From: Amoebidium appalachense
Taxonomy: Eukaryota > Protista > Ichthyosporea
Assembly: GCA_963693365.1 (NCBI GenBank)
Contig: CAVNZM010000002.1
Span: 8,715,059-8,779,058 of the forward strand
DNA: 64,000 bases
Reading direction: 5' to 3'
Shown here piece by piece: positions 27,234 to 40,570 of the stretch (its first letter is position 1; each line of letters opens with the position of its first letter). Made by a program: the position numbers and the translations under genes. The notes beneath the pieces are model-generated. The model was not told the DNA's origin. It did no database searches and saw only the letters and a program-made list of their open reading frames with translations.

Positions 27234-27841
27234 TAATGAGTAGAGTTTCGAGCGTTTACGGAAGGAAGGGGGGGGGGGGGGGGGGCTGCCTTGAATTTGA
27301 ATGTAGGGGTGGGGGGTTTGGGTCGGTAGCAGACATCGAAATCCACCCTCGGGTGCCCCCCTCCTCCCCTTTTCCTCAACGGGCGCAGGGGGGGAGGGGG
27401 GGGGGGGGGGTTCACCTGCTTAAGGGGTTGGTGGCCACTGGCCATCGTACTGGCCCCCCCTCCCTCCCCCCCCCCCCCCCCCCCCCCCTTCCTCCCCCCG
27501 TATGGTTGCTCTAGGTGGGTGGGCCCCCCGTTGGGAGAGAGGTGCCCACCATTTTAATGGGTGGTGGGTTCTCCCTTTCTCCCCCCCTCCCCCCCCCCCC
27601 CCCCCCCGCCCCCCCCTACACTCCCCTCCCCCCCCCCCCCCCCCTGGGGAGCTCCTGTTTACCTACGTTGCGCTCCCTGCCCTACCAACCATTGGCTTAT
27701 CTTCGTTCAGATCAGACTGACTCGTGTGTGTACACGTGCCGCGTCGGTTTGTGTTAATGTGTGTGCACTCAGAAAGATACATCTGGCACTTCTTTTGTTA
27801 TTAAAAGCGCGTTTGGCTCTGCTCTCGCTAGCGGTGTGTGC

Positions 27842-27884
<43 letters not shown>

Positions 27885-27913
27885 GTAAGACGGACCCACA
27901 CGTAGAAAGAAAA

Positions 27914-28097
27914 GAAGCAGAGTGATTCTGCTAAAAGCAGAGTGATTCTGCTAAAAGCAGAGTAATTCTGCTTTTGCAGAATAATTCTGTTTAGAATGAT
28001 TCTGCCTTTTGCAGAATAATTCCGCTTTTTGCAGAATAATTTCGCTTGTGCAGAATAAATCTGCTTTTTGCAAGTTGGCTCTGCCGATGTGGTTGGA
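27914..28097 (-). repeat. Array of ~20-bp units with palindromic core GCAGA-N5-TCTGC plus terminal motif
   Basis: About 7-8 units ending gcaagttggctctgccgatgtggttgg, the reverse complement of the starts at 29010 and 35348. Confidence 0.85.
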
Positions 28098-29009
28098 CCC
28101 TTCCCCGTGGGCCCCATCCCCATCCCCCTGTGAGGGCCTCCTCCAACACCATCACCAACACCCTTTTCCCTTCGTTTCGACCATTCGCCAGACTGCAGCT
28201 GCAGCGCTCCTGTCTAAGTTGTTGGTGATAAATCATGGCATGCACATGCATTGCTTGCTCCAGAGTGATTATGTGTGTGTGTGTGGGGGGGGGGGGGGGG
28301 GGGGGGATAGAGAGCAAGAGGGAGGGCGCGGAGGGAGGGAGGGAGGGGGGGGGGGGGGGGGGGGGGATACGGAGAACAAGATAGAAATAAGGGATGGAGA
28401 AAGTGTGCTGGGTGTACATGTGTGCGCGCGCATCATGATATGTGCCACCGCGAAGATATAGCATACTATCCTGCGGTAGTCTGTGAGCGTGCCCGTGCGT
28501 GAGTGTGCGTGTGTATGGTGTGTGTGCCTGCACTGCGCGTGTCTGCCTGCATGCGCACGTGTGCGTGCATGTGCAACGCCTACGTGCACGTCGTGTTACA
28601 GTTCTGTTTTTGTCCTGTCTAATCTTGTATTATACGGTGTGTGTGCACGTGCGCGCACGCGCACACGCCCGCGTGTGTGCATGTGTGTGTTCGCTGTGCA
28701 TGAGTGCGGGCGGGCACGCGCGCTTGTGTGTATATATTTGTACGTATGTGTATATGTGTGTGCGTGTGTGTGTGTGTTCGTGTGTGTTTGTGTGTGACTG
28801 TGAGTGACACGGTGTTTGTGTATGTGCGTGTGTGTGCGCCGTTGTTGGCAAGCCGATTCCAAAATGCACGGAGTCATGGCAATGCTATGATGTCGAGGTT
28901 TGGGTGCGTTACACATGCACCATTGCCAAGATAAAACATTATCCGTAACGTGTAATGCCAATTAGTGAATGTGGAGAAGGTGCCAATGCCATCCGATTTC
29001 AAGGAGGAC

Positions 29010-29450
29010 CCAACCACTATCGGCAGAGTCACTTGAAAAAAGCAGAATTTTTCTGCAAAATCAGGATTATTCTGCAAAAAGCAGAGTTATTCGGCTAAAG
29101 CAGAATAATTCTGCTGATGTTTAGCAGAAGTAATTCGTAAAAAGCAGAATTATTCTGCTTTCCACATCTGCTTTTAGCAGAAAAATCCTGATTTTAGCAG
29201 ATTAACGGAATTTCTGCTGTCTGCTTTTAGCAGCATAATTCTGCTTTTGCAGAATATTTCTGCTTTTGCTGAATAATTCTGCTTTTTGCAACATGATTCT
29301 GTCTAAGCTTTTGCAGAATAGCTCTGCTCGGACACTCTTTTTTGGGCCACCCCCCACCCCCCCACCCCCTGCAGGGGGGTGCTGCAAATGGGTCCCCCCT
29401 CCCCCTCCCCCTTGCCACAGCCAGCGGATCCGGAGGGGTGGTGGCCTCCC

Positions 29451-29532
<82 letters not shown>

Positions 29533-30053
29533 ACGACGTACTCTGAGGCTACAGCCCTCCCCGTTTCAAAATTTTTAAATCAAAAAAGCCTTAGAGGGTG
29601 TCTGACTATGTGTGCTACCGCAAGTGTGCCTAGTGTCTGCATGCCCGTGTCTTCTGATTAGTCCTGCGCCCCCTCCTCCCCCCCTCCCCCCCTCCCCCCT
29701 CCCTCCCACTCCCTCCCCCCCCCCTCCCCCCAACCACACACATACACACACACACACACACAACCGGCCCCCGGCTAGCTCTGTGGGCCCCCTGGCAGGT
29801 AACATCAGGGGAAAGCGCTCCAGGAACCCCCCGTCCGGAGTGACTGCCCCCCCCCCCCCGGCCCCCCCCTCCCCCCAGTCCCCCCCCCCCCCCCCCCCCC
29901 CCCCGAGTTCCGATAGATGGCTATTACCCCGCCCCCCATTGTCCCCCACTACAAATTCATTGAGTCTGCTTTAGCTATAGCTTCTGCAAAAGAATTATAA
30001 TTTGCAAGAACTCGATATATTCTGCAAAAAAGTTGAAAACAGAATCATTCTGT
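29010..30053 (+). repeat. GCAGA-N5-TCTGC arrays (29040-29328 and 29983-30053)
   Basis: Starts ccaaccactatcggcagagtcacttg, followed by many gcagaattattctgc-like units. Confidence 0.8.
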
Positions 30054-30320
30054 GCTAAGCACATCGTCGAGTCGACATCGATGATCTGATCAGGCTGCGC
30101 GCGCTCGAGCTGTTCAAGTGGCAGTGGTTAGTCTCCAAGGATATGTACCCACTAACTTACGTAAGTGGTCCGGCACTACTACGTTACGGGACGCCTGCGG
30201 CAACAAAAAAAGAAGAAGAAGAAGAAGAAGAGGCCGCAGGGACTTCAGCACTCAGAGGGACTACTGTAGGAAGGCCGCGCAGTGGTTGCGCCTGGGCCAG
30301 TGCGCTGGCATGTAAAGAAA

Positions 30321-30417
30321 GCGGCAGGTAAGCCAATAGGAACACACCGGGATCAAACAACAAACCATATTTGGGCAGTAACGTCCCATGATCCAATAGG
30401 AACTAAGTAGCCACATT
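30321..30417 (+). promoter_or_regulatory. Conserved upstream block with two CCAATAGGAA boxes (copy 2)
   Basis: About 200 bp upstream of ATG 30616; homologous to 24387-24482. Confidence 0.6.
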
Positions 30418-30615
30418 CCTCGTCATGAGTCAACGTCAGACTCAGCGGCGGAGTCTCCCAGCTCACTGACTCAGTCTCAGGCTGTCTGGTGTGGGCCGGG
30501 TCGCTTTCTACTTTGGAAGAGTCAAACTTGAAAATACACCCGTCTCACGTCCCACGTCCTTTGAAAACCACCAAGAGCGTCATTTTCAAGTTGGCCACAC
30601 GCTCATTTATAGAAA

Positions 30616-31335
30616 ATGGCTTCCCTGACTTCTTTCCGCGGCCTCGTTATGGGTGTTCCCCGTACCGCCCCCCTCCTCACCACCCGCCTGTATTCCACAC
30701 GCACCGTGGCACAACCCACAGTAGAATTTCTGTTCGATGTTGGTTCTCCCGCCAGCTACTTAGCCTACACACAGCTCCCAGCGATCGTTAAGCGAACGGG
30801 CGCAAATCTCGTCTACGTCCCGGTTCTCGTGGGCGGAATCTTTAAAGCAACAGGCAATGCATCACCAGTTTCCATCCCTGCTAAAGGAAAGTACCTCTTC
30901 TGTGACCTGGCTCGGCATGGCAAGAAATACAACGTTCCCTATGCCTTTAACCCCCATTTCCCCATCAATACACTGCAAATTATGCGCGGTGCCACCCTTG
31001 TGCTCAAGGAGGGCGGCAACCAGCAGCTGGAAAAGTACCTGGACGCCATTTTTCCGGCCGTGTGGGCAAACAAACTGAACATGGGTGACCCAAAGGTTGT
31101 TGGTGAGGTTTTGGCAAAAGCAGGATTTGACCCTGAAGAGGTTATGAAGGGGTCTGCGCGCGCAGATGTGAAGGCGGAGCTCGTGTCTGCTACCGAAAAT
31201 GCAGTCAAGAGGGGCGCGTTTGGTGTGCCGACCTTCTACGTTGGGAAAGAAATATTTTTCGGACAGGATCGATTGACGTGGGTTGAAGAGGCTCTGGTTG
31301 CTGCTGCACAGGCACCCGCTGAGGCTTCTGCATGA
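30616..31335 (+). CDS. HCCA isomerase / GST-kappa family protein, copy 2
   Basis: Intronless, 239 aa, near-identical to copy 1 with the same motifs. Confidence 0.92.
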   Translation: MASLTSFRGLVMGVPRTAPLLTTRLYSTRTVAQPTVEFLFDVGSPASYLAYTQLPAIVKRTGANLVYVPVLVGGIFKATGNASPVSIPAKGKYLFCDLARHGKKYNVPYAFNPHFPINTLQIMRGATLVLKEGGNQQLEKYLDAIFPAVWANKLNMGDPKVVGEVLAKAGFDPEEVMKGSARADVKAELVSATENAVKRGAFGVPTFYVGKEIFFGQDRLTWVEEALVAAAQAPAEASA

Positions 31336-33018
31336 AAGGTTTAACCTTTTTGAATGTCCTGTGAAGAGGCCTGTGTTTCTTGGAAGTTTTGATCCAAATT
31401 GCTGTTAGGATGTATGTATGTTGCGTTTAGTACACTGCTGATGTGATGTTGTTTCGCTAGAGCTACAGCGAAATGCATGTTTTCCGCCAGAGCTACAGCG
31501 AAATGCATGCTTGCCTTGCAAGATAGACATGAGATAGACGTAACCACGGTACTGATTGTGTGCTGATTTAGTGTAAAGATGGATATTTAGCTGCTTCCAG
31601 GTGTAACCTTACTTGTGGTGTGGATAGTTCCTTTTTTTAATAATTTGTTCATACATGCGCTTTTACTAGCAGTTGAAGTCGTCGGAGGCTGTAAGGGGGC
31701 CCGAATTAGAAGGACAAAAGTATACATCATGTTCAGAACGACTCTTGATGTCAAAAATACCTCCCTCCCCCTCCCCCCTCCCCCCCCCCCCCCCCCCCCA
31801 CACACACACCCACACACACCCTCCGCCCCCTCTTCCCTGCTGCACTACAAGGTTTAGAGACTCTATCCCAGGGCCCAGAGACTATATTCTCCCCTCTCCA
31901 CCTTATCCTACCCACGGTTTCGGACTTTCTACTGGTACACACACGCTCACAGGCACAATTACACACACACACACACGCACACACGTTTACTGTCCCACAC
32001 ACACATCCCACCTTTCATGTTCTCACATCCTTCCGCTTACAACTTCGAGTTTGGGAAGTGGCGGGTTGATAAAACTTTGGGATTTCTTTTGGTGTGAGTG
32101 TCGCTTCGATATCCTTTAGCTACACGTTTGGTTCTGTGTGGGACGAACCGGGACTCGGCATTTCCTTTTTTTTTGGGGGGGGGGGGGGAGGGGGAGGGCA
32201 GGCTTCCTTGAATTTGATTCTGGGGATGAGGGGTTGGGGGCCAGAAGTAGACTGGAAATCCACCGTGGTCCCCCCCCCCCTCCCCCCCCCCCCTCCCCCC
32301 TGTATTTCTCCCCGAGTGTGTGTGCGGGGGGGGGGGGGGAGAGAGAGGGGGGGGGGGGGGGGAATCCACCTGCTAGATCTCGAAGGGGGTGGTGCCCCGT
32401 AATCCCCCCCCCCCCCCCCCCCCCCCCCAAAGGCTCCTCCCTGTATAACCGTAGGGCTGAACGGAACCCCTTGGCCCCTTAGGGGAGAAGGTCCCAATCG
32501 TCCCGTGGTTGGTGGTCCCCCCTCCTCTCCCCCCACCCCCCACCCCCCACCCCCTCCCCCAGGCTTCGGATATCCTTGACCCTGGGAATGGGGGGTTGAG
32601 GGGCAGTAGTAAACATCAAAATCCACCATGACCGGTGGTCCCCCCCCCCCCCCCCCCCCCCCCCCGTGGGGGGGGGGGGGGGGGGGGGGAGGAGGGGAAA
32701 TCCAGCTGTCAATGGGCTGGTAGGTCCCACCCCCCTCCCCGTATAACCGTAAGGGTTTGTTCGGGTCCCTTGCCCCAATTGGGGGGAAAGCGCCCGTGTC
32801 CACGGTCGATAGGTGGTGCGTCCCCCCTCCCCTCTCCCCCTCCCCCCCCCCCGGCCCTCTCCTGCACACCTCTTGTGCTCTCCATGACTGGCCACCAACC
32901 TATTATCTTTGTTCGGGTCAGCACGGCGAACTTTGATTGGGGCAAAATCATAGTGTTCCCCGTGTGTGTGTGCACATGTGTGTGTGAACGTATGGGTGCC
33001 AGTGGGCTTGTGATGTCT

Positions 33019-33069
<51 letters not shown>

Positions 33070-33409
33070 GTGTGTGTGTACTTGTGTTACATGACTGGCA
33101 TTTAGCACCGCTCTCTGTCACTATTAGCGCTGTAGGTACTCCAGGGTGTAAATTTCCGGAAGTGATATATGACTTTCAATACATAGCTCAGCAGCCCTTG
33201 GTTAATTTATTATGGCATGCCTGAATCTCCCATTTTCCGTGTGAGCTCTATGTTGCCTCGCTGCCTTCTCAGTATTACTACATGGTGTACTTTGAAAAAT
33301 AGGGCCTAAGGCTTATAATCAATCGTGATTTTCCGGTGTTCTACATAGCTTTCATTGATTTGCCACACCATTTTTGCATCGGGTGGGGCCGCACGCAGGG
33401 GGGGGGAAA

Positions 33410-33444
<35 letters not shown>

Positions 33445-33730
33445 GGTTATGCCATGATTTAAACTGTTTTTTCCCTTTCCTCTTAGCGCCGTGTGTGTGC
33501 AACTTAAATACTATGTATACCGTGAACGTTACCATAAATGATGTGCCGGCCGGAAGGGCAGTCATTTGAAAGACACCGTCAACACAAATCATCTTAGTAT
33601 ACGGACATCAACCCAATGAACGGTGGTTTTGGGCTGGCGGGGGCACACTCCACCACTACCGGTGGTCGAACCAATTAGAGCCCATGGTTAAAATTTATTC
33701 GCAGGTTTTGAGTGGAGGGAAGGGCTGCAG

Positions 33731-33776
<46 letters not shown>

Positions 33777-34040
33777 CGCACCGGTGAGGCTGGGGTGTAA
33801 ACCCTGGGCTAAGTGTGTACATTAGTTAGGTTTGGTAACGGCGTGTTAGTTTGCTCATTGAGGCTGTAGCATCCTAACTAGGGTACAGTCGGTGCTGTAT
33901 GGAAGACGGTCACAAGTTCCTATGAGGCCTCCTTGGGGGTCCCTCCGGGAACAAACCGGGATTAAAAAAAAAAAGGTTTGCGGGAACCCCCGTGGCTTTT
34001 CTTTTGCATACACACCTGTTGTGTGCGCGTGTGTGTGTGC

Positions 34041-34086
<46 letters not shown>

Positions 34087-34103
34087 CGCGCGCGCGTGCG
34101 TGC

Positions 34104-34198
<95 letters not shown>

Positions 34199-34261
34199 TA
34201 TGTGTGTGTGTGACCAGTGTGTGTGACCAGTGTGTGTGTGTGTGACCAGTGTGTGTGTGTG

Positions 34262-34360
<99 letters not shown>

Positions 34361-35347
34361 TTGGGGGAGAGAATGGGGGGCGGGAGGAGGGGGGAAGGGG
34401 ATCCGTTGGCTTACAAGGTGCCCTTGTACAAGTGGGTTCGTGCGCAGTGAAGGGGTGGGTGGGTCAGTGGGTGGGGGGGGGGGGAGGGGGGGGTAGTGTG
34501 CATATAAAAACTAAAACTCCATCAATTGCAAGCCCAGATCTCCCGCCAACAAAAAACCAGAAATGCCTTGCCAAATAACTTAAACACGACCTGCCGGATC
34601 CGCTACTTTTCCCACCCTCTTTCCCCTCCCCTTCACACTTCCCAGATGATGCTGGCTTCTTCCCCCCCCCCCCCCCCCTCTAACCACCCCCCCCCCCCCC
34701 CCGGGGGGGGGCTCAAACACCCTCACACAACACTGGGCCCCCCCAGAGGGGGGGGAGGGGGAAGGGGGGGGCGAGGGATGCGGGATCCATCGAGGGGTGG
34801 AAGAAGGGTGAAGGAGGGGGGTGGGGGTGGGGGGGAGGCAACACCTAGTGATACAGGAACTTTGAGAAGCCGGCAGCATCACGGTTCAGTGGCCTGTAGA
34901 TGTTTTTTTTGTGGTGGAAAACAGAAGCCTTGCATGCTGACTTCGTGAAATTCAGTTGTGCAGCTCAAGTCGCTCAGCCTTCAACACTGTGCCCAGGTTA
35001 ACCCCCCCCCCCCCCCCCCCCCCCTGTTTTCCAAATCAAGTTTGGTAGGGCCTAATTTTTTTTATTTTTTATTTTTTTAAAAAAAGGATGCCATTAATCT
35101 TATTTTCAAATGACATCCGAATCAGTCACCCCATACTAACTTACTGGTGGTGTCCGTGTTGCACCAACGTTAACGTTCGGTGTGTGGCAACAGCAGCGTA
35201 CTGATCCTAAATAGTCACCACACAAGCGTGATCATAGCCGGAGGAACTCCGAAAGCGTCAGCTACTGGCAGCTGAGCTGAGAGAATCGTGGGGCCCCTGG
35301 GATCGTCGACTGAGTAGGAGCAGCTCGTGGCTGACAGAGGGAAGGCC

Positions 35348-35600
35348 CCAACCACATCGGCAGAGTCAACTTGCTCCGAGCCATGTTATTCAGCAGAAAG
35401 TTGTAAACTTGATAACTATTCTGCTAAATAGCGAAAAAAAGATGCTTTTAGCAGCCTAGAAGCAGAATTATTCTGCAAAGGTGTGTTTCTGTTACTTGAA
35501 GCATGACTATTCTGTTGCCGTAAGCATTTTTGCGGAATATTTCTGCTAAAAGCAGAATGCAGAATAATTCTCAGTTTAGCAAATCATTCAGCCTTTTGCA
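35348..35600 (+). repeat. Third, more degenerate GCAGA-N5-TCTGC array
   Basis: Starts ccaaccacatcggcagagtcaacttgc; contains agcagaattattctgc and gcagaataattctc. Confidence 0.75.
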
Positions 35601-35619
35601 CCATCATAACGCCACTGCT

Positions 35620-35746
<127 letters not shown>

Positions 35747-36053
35747 GGGGGGGGGGAGGGGGCGGGGAGGGGGGGGGGGGGGGGGGGGAAGGGGGGGAGG
35801 GGGGAGGGGGGGGGGAGGGAGGGGGGGGGGGCTGAGTTACCGGGGGAAGGGGGGGGGGGGGGGGGGGGGGGGGGCTGTCAGGGGCAAATGCGAGAGAATG
35901 TGTGAGAGAGAGTGAGGAGGGAGGGAGGGAGGGAGAGAGAAGGGGAGGGAGAGAGGGGGGGCTGTCAGGGGCAAAAGCCAGAGAATGTGTGAGAGAGAGT
36001 GAGGGAGGGAGGAGGGGGAGGGAGGGAGGGAGGGAGGGAGGAAGGGAGGAAGG

Positions 36054-36169
<116 letters not shown>

Positions 36170-37542
36170 TAGAGGGGGAGCTCGACGGAGAGGGGAGAGA
36201 GGGTGAAAACTCGCCAGCACGTGAGCAAAACGTACTGCGGGCAGCCGCAGGCAGACTGGGGCTGTATGCGTGCTGTGCACGTGTCACAGAGCACGATGGA
36301 GTCGTTTGGACCAACATGCATCATATGGGCGCCACGAGGTCGCATTGATGTCAGGGCTTGGCAGAAAGCGCGAACTTCGACATTCCGAATCTGCGGTACC
36401 CGTTGTAGGTAAAACACAAAACACACACCGTTGAATCTGGACCATGGCCCCATGCCATTCCATGCCATGAATAGAGCAGGATAGATCTATTTAGGTATTC
36501 AGCTTTCGGATTTGTCGCTCGTTACTTGCCTTTGGAGGGTCAGTTGAGCCGACTGAACATTGCATCATCAACCCTGCCAGAGGAAAATCTGTAAAAAAAA
36601 TTAACTCTCAGAAAGCTCAATATCTCTTCCTTGCACATTGAATGTACGTGATATCGTGGCAGAGTTCAGGATGACCCCTCAGCCGTTACTCAATGATTTC
36701 ACACCCTGGTTTGTCATACATTGTCTCCGTCATCGATTGGCTGAGAGTAACGGGCTATTAAAAGCAAATAAGATTTTTTTTTGACTTTTTGTGAATAACC
36801 GTTGTACCATCCGTCTACAGTGACACCAACACCAGTGACCATAATATAATCATGGGGAAAATTTTTAAAAAAAAAAAAACCGAATCAATCTATTACATTC
36901 AGCACTTCTATTTATTATAGGGTTGGGTTGAAGCTTGAAAGTTACCTTTGAAAAGCGCACCTATTGCTGCCGCATATTTTCCAAGATCACTTTTGAATTT
37001 GATCAAGCGGTTGCGATGATTGGACAAGCTCCGTCCAATCGACCGTGGCCCTGACACATTGGAAAGTTTCCAGGCGTAAAGCTTGGTGTCTCTGTATTTT
37101 TCATAGCTACTTTTTCCCCCATAATATCTTATTGTTATATTGGTAATGCTTTAGAGAAAACTTTTTTTTGCTGCCCGTACGTGCTCTAGGAGATTAAATA
37201 CATAAGCAGCCAAGCTTAGAAATGAGGCGAAACCGCTCATCTAGGTAATCTTGAACTTCGCTGGCTGGCGCCCTGACCTCCAGATCCACGGATAAGAATG
37301 CTTTCAATCTTCCAGAGGCTCACGTGAACTCAGCTCGAGCTCAGCTATGCCACGGTAGCTAGCGGCGTTTATTTATTACACATTCACATATGGGCGTTTA
37401 TGCACACGAAAATTATCAAATCCTTATATTAATAGTCCTTTTACATATATAACTTTCTTCTCAAAAGCATCGATACGTATCTGTGGGGATCTTACCTCGG
37501 GGCTTTGTGTATATACGATAAACATCGGCTCACATGGCGAAC

Positions 37543-37550
37543 TATATAAA
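37543..37550 (+). promoter_or_regulatory. TATA box
   Basis: TATATAAA about 120 bp upstream of ATG 37666. Confidence 0.55.
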
Positions 37551-37665
37551 GCGCACGTTTCTTCCACCAGTCATCAGTTCCACCCATATGGAAATCCACA
37601 CACATTTGTGCAAAAACTGCCTTTGAATAAGTTCGCACGTTCAACGACTTGTACATTTTTCAACC

Positions 37666-39057
37666 ATGCGTGCCATAATATCTCTTATGGCAGCCTGCCT
37701 TCTGGCGGCCGCCCCCTCCACCGTCCTCTCCGCTCCTACAAACGGTACCGTCGAAGCACCCACAAACGGTACCATCGAAGCACCCGTGTTTTCTCCCAAC
37801 GGAACAAATGTGACCACCAACGCCACCTACCTGGATGCACCTTACGGCGGGAAGGTGTGGGTCATAACCACGCCGGCCAGCGAGTATTCAAACACACACG
37901 AGGTAATTGCTCTGTGGGAGGAGGTGCAGAACGCCACAACCTACCGATTCTGCCTGGAGTCCCCGGCATTCATCCGTCGTTGCTACATTTTGAACACCAA
38001 CAAGCTCAACGTTGGGAGTACACTCGACGTCGTGCTTGGCAGCGCTAGCAGCATTGAGAAGATGCTCTGGTTGGTGCGCGCAGAAGCAGGAAACACTACG
38101 TCTGAGTGGGTGTCCGTCTTACTTCAGAACTCGAGCACAATCGGCGAATACAACTCTACCCTCAAACAATACTGCGGGGTTAACATTACCAACAGCACTG
38201 AACCAGACCCAACGCGCTATCCCACATGGACCGTCACAGCAAAACCTTCGGAGCTTGCCGTCGGTAACGCAACGTCCGCAGTAGTCGATGCAACCTGGGG
38301 CGCCAAGCTCGCAAACTCAGAGGACCCATTCAAGCCGGAGGGCGGCTACATGGTCTGTGTTGAGATCCAAGGAGTCAAGGACCCATCGGACGGCGGGGAT
38401 CTATGGAGCGAGGAATGCGAGATGTATCTCAGCGATGTCACCATGAAGAACATTCGCGTGCAGAACGTCTCAGCAGGCGCAAAGGAGGCATACGTACACG
38501 TTTCACCCGTCGGTTACTGCAATGATGGGTCGCAGGGAAATTCCGAACCTTTCGAGGTGCGTCAGCTGTCCATGGCGCTAAACTACACAGCACGACACGC
38601 CGAAAACCTGTGCGTCGGGAAGAGCAAAAACGAAGCAAAGGACAGTGGGAATATTCCGGCCGTTGGAAGTAGCTGCAACGATTCCAGTATGCTGTGGCAG
38701 TTCTACTACGTTAACCCCAACAACCGTAAAGCCGAGGGGGGTTTCCGTCTGCGCGCTAAAATGGAAAGCGGTGAAGTTTACTGTCTGACCAGTGATTATG
38801 CCAATTTTCCGGGCAAGTTTGGCTTCGCTGTTTGTAGCACCGACACGACTGACAAGGCGCAACTTTTCACGACGGAAGATGTGCGGATTAAACAGGAAGA
38901 TAGCCAACGCTCGGAGGGTATCACGTGCATTGTGCCTGCGGCTGTTGCGGAGAGTGGCACGGAAAAGGCTCTGATTATCGGTTCGGATGGGGAGTTGACA
39001 CTTGGGAACTGTAGCAAGAAGGCGACCTCGTGGTCATTTGATATTATTACTGCTTGA
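37666..39057 (+). CDS. Secreted glycoprotein: signal peptide, two FN3-like beta domains, C-terminal ricin-B-like beta-trefoil
   Basis: Intronless, 463 aa. Hydrophobic leader MRAIISLMAACLLAAA; many NxS/T sequons; W..V.NA..Y...VRA....S.W pattern; three C-terminal C-x(n)-C..(Q)x[WF] repeats (NLCV..SC..LWQF; YCLT..VC..AQLF; TCIV..NC..SWSF). Domain calls are by eye. Confidence 0.8.
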   Translation: MRAIISLMAACLLAAAPSTVLSAPTNGTVEAPTNGTIEAPVFSPNGTNVTTNATYLDAPYGGKVWVITTPASEYSNTHEVIALWEEVQNATTYRFCLESPAFIRRCYILNTNKLNVGSTLDVVLGSASSIEKMLWLVRAEAGNTTSEWVSVLLQNSSTIGEYNSTLKQYCGVNITNSTEPDPTRYPTWTVTAKPSELAVGNATSAVVDATWGAKLANSEDPFKPEGGYMVCVEIQGVKDPSDGGDLWSEECEMYLSDVTMKNIRVQNVSAGAKEAYVHVSPVGYCNDGSQGNSEPFEVRQLSMALNYTARHAENLCVGKSKNEAKDSGNIPAVGSSCNDSSMLWQFYYVNPNNRKAEGGFRLRAKMESGEVYCLTSDYANFPGKFGFAVCSTDTTDKAQLFTTEDVRIKQEDSQRSEGITCIVPAAVAESGTEKALIIGSDGELTLGNCSKKATSWSFDIITA

Positions 39058-40530
39058 GCGAGTACGAGGGAAAGACTCTGATATTAAAGCGGTTAGTAAT
39101 AGATGTGATTTGGTGGACTGAAAAAAAATCCGACTTCTTGGCTGGCTTTACAGTGCTTGAATAGGTGTTATTTCAGGTGTGACCTTACAGTCGTGATATG
39201 TATAGGGTTGATTTTTGAAAATTTGAACGCTCGAATGTACCGTTTATAGCTGCCTACCCAATGGGATTCGCAGTAGTATTGATAAATATGAATGTACATG
39301 TTAGGTGTATACTCTGGACGAAAAACCGGAAAATTTCAGCAAGAACTTGCCACTGTACGTATCATTTACAAATTGGTGTACTGTGTCATTAGTGCCGATG
39401 AACATGTACTGTATGTCTCAGTAACGGTTCGCCAGTGATTTTAAAAATACATTGGCTATGAAAAAGGAACAATACATGTGGCTTACAGAATTCGACCGAC
39501 ACTCCCACCCCCCTTCAAGAGTCCTCCCGTGCACTGCCTTTGCCCTAATTAGTATGGCATCCCCGACGGCTGCTACTGTAACATACTTACGGCTGTGCCC
39601 TTTCGTTATCGCTTGTGCCTTTCTTGCTTCAATGTTATGCTGTTTTTTCTTCTCGATCGAATACCGTGACAGTCGAGGGTTAGAAATGAGGGGGGGTGTA
39701 GGAAGCCCATTACTCATGTTGGTTGTTGTTTGGGGAGGGGGAGTTGTCGCAGGAGTGTACAGGGAGGCACGTTTGGGGGACGGGCGGGGCGGGCGGACGG
39801 GGGGGGGGGGGGGGGGGGGGGAGGGGAGGGGGGGGGGGGGCATGAAAGTAAAGGGGGGGACGTTGAGCAGCATGGCAGGGCAGAAGGCTGTTGACTCAAT
39901 TAAAGCTCCTCGGGCGGAGGTGTGTGTGTGTGTGTGTGTGTGGGGGGGGGGGGGCAGAACCGGATTTATGAGAAGCGGCAAAGCCAGAAGGGGTGGGAGT
40001 ATTACTGTTGCTGGCTATCTGGCCCCATATATGTCCGGTAGGGCATGCATCCTTTGTTACTTGGGCACCTGGATAACGGTTAGGAGGCAGCGCTATATTA
40101 GCCCTATGTAGCGGTCGATATAGACTGGTATATAATTTGTCTCCGTGGCAGCGTGTCACATTCGGAAATCTAAGTCTACTTATCCTACCGAAGAAGGAAG
40201 TCCCCCCCCCCCCCCCCCCCCCCCCCTCCCTCCCTTCTTTCCCAAGTAGCTAAGGACACGCCTACCCTTAATAATATCAGCTGCTTGCAATCTCCCGCTC
40301 TCAACTTGCGAGGGGAAAGGAAAGAACCCTGTCCCGCCTGATGGGAAGAAAAGTGCCCCCTGCCCTCCCCCCCCCCCCCCTCCACCTCCAGGGCAGCGCT
40401 AGTGCTCTTGAATTTCGTGAATGCTTAGCACGTGTGCTTCGCACTCAGGAACATATCCTCCCCCTCCCCCTCCAATGTTCTTTTTCGCTCTTTTTAGAAA
40501 ACACCCACTCGAGTTTGTGGGTGACATCTG

Positions 40531-40570
<40 letters not shown>

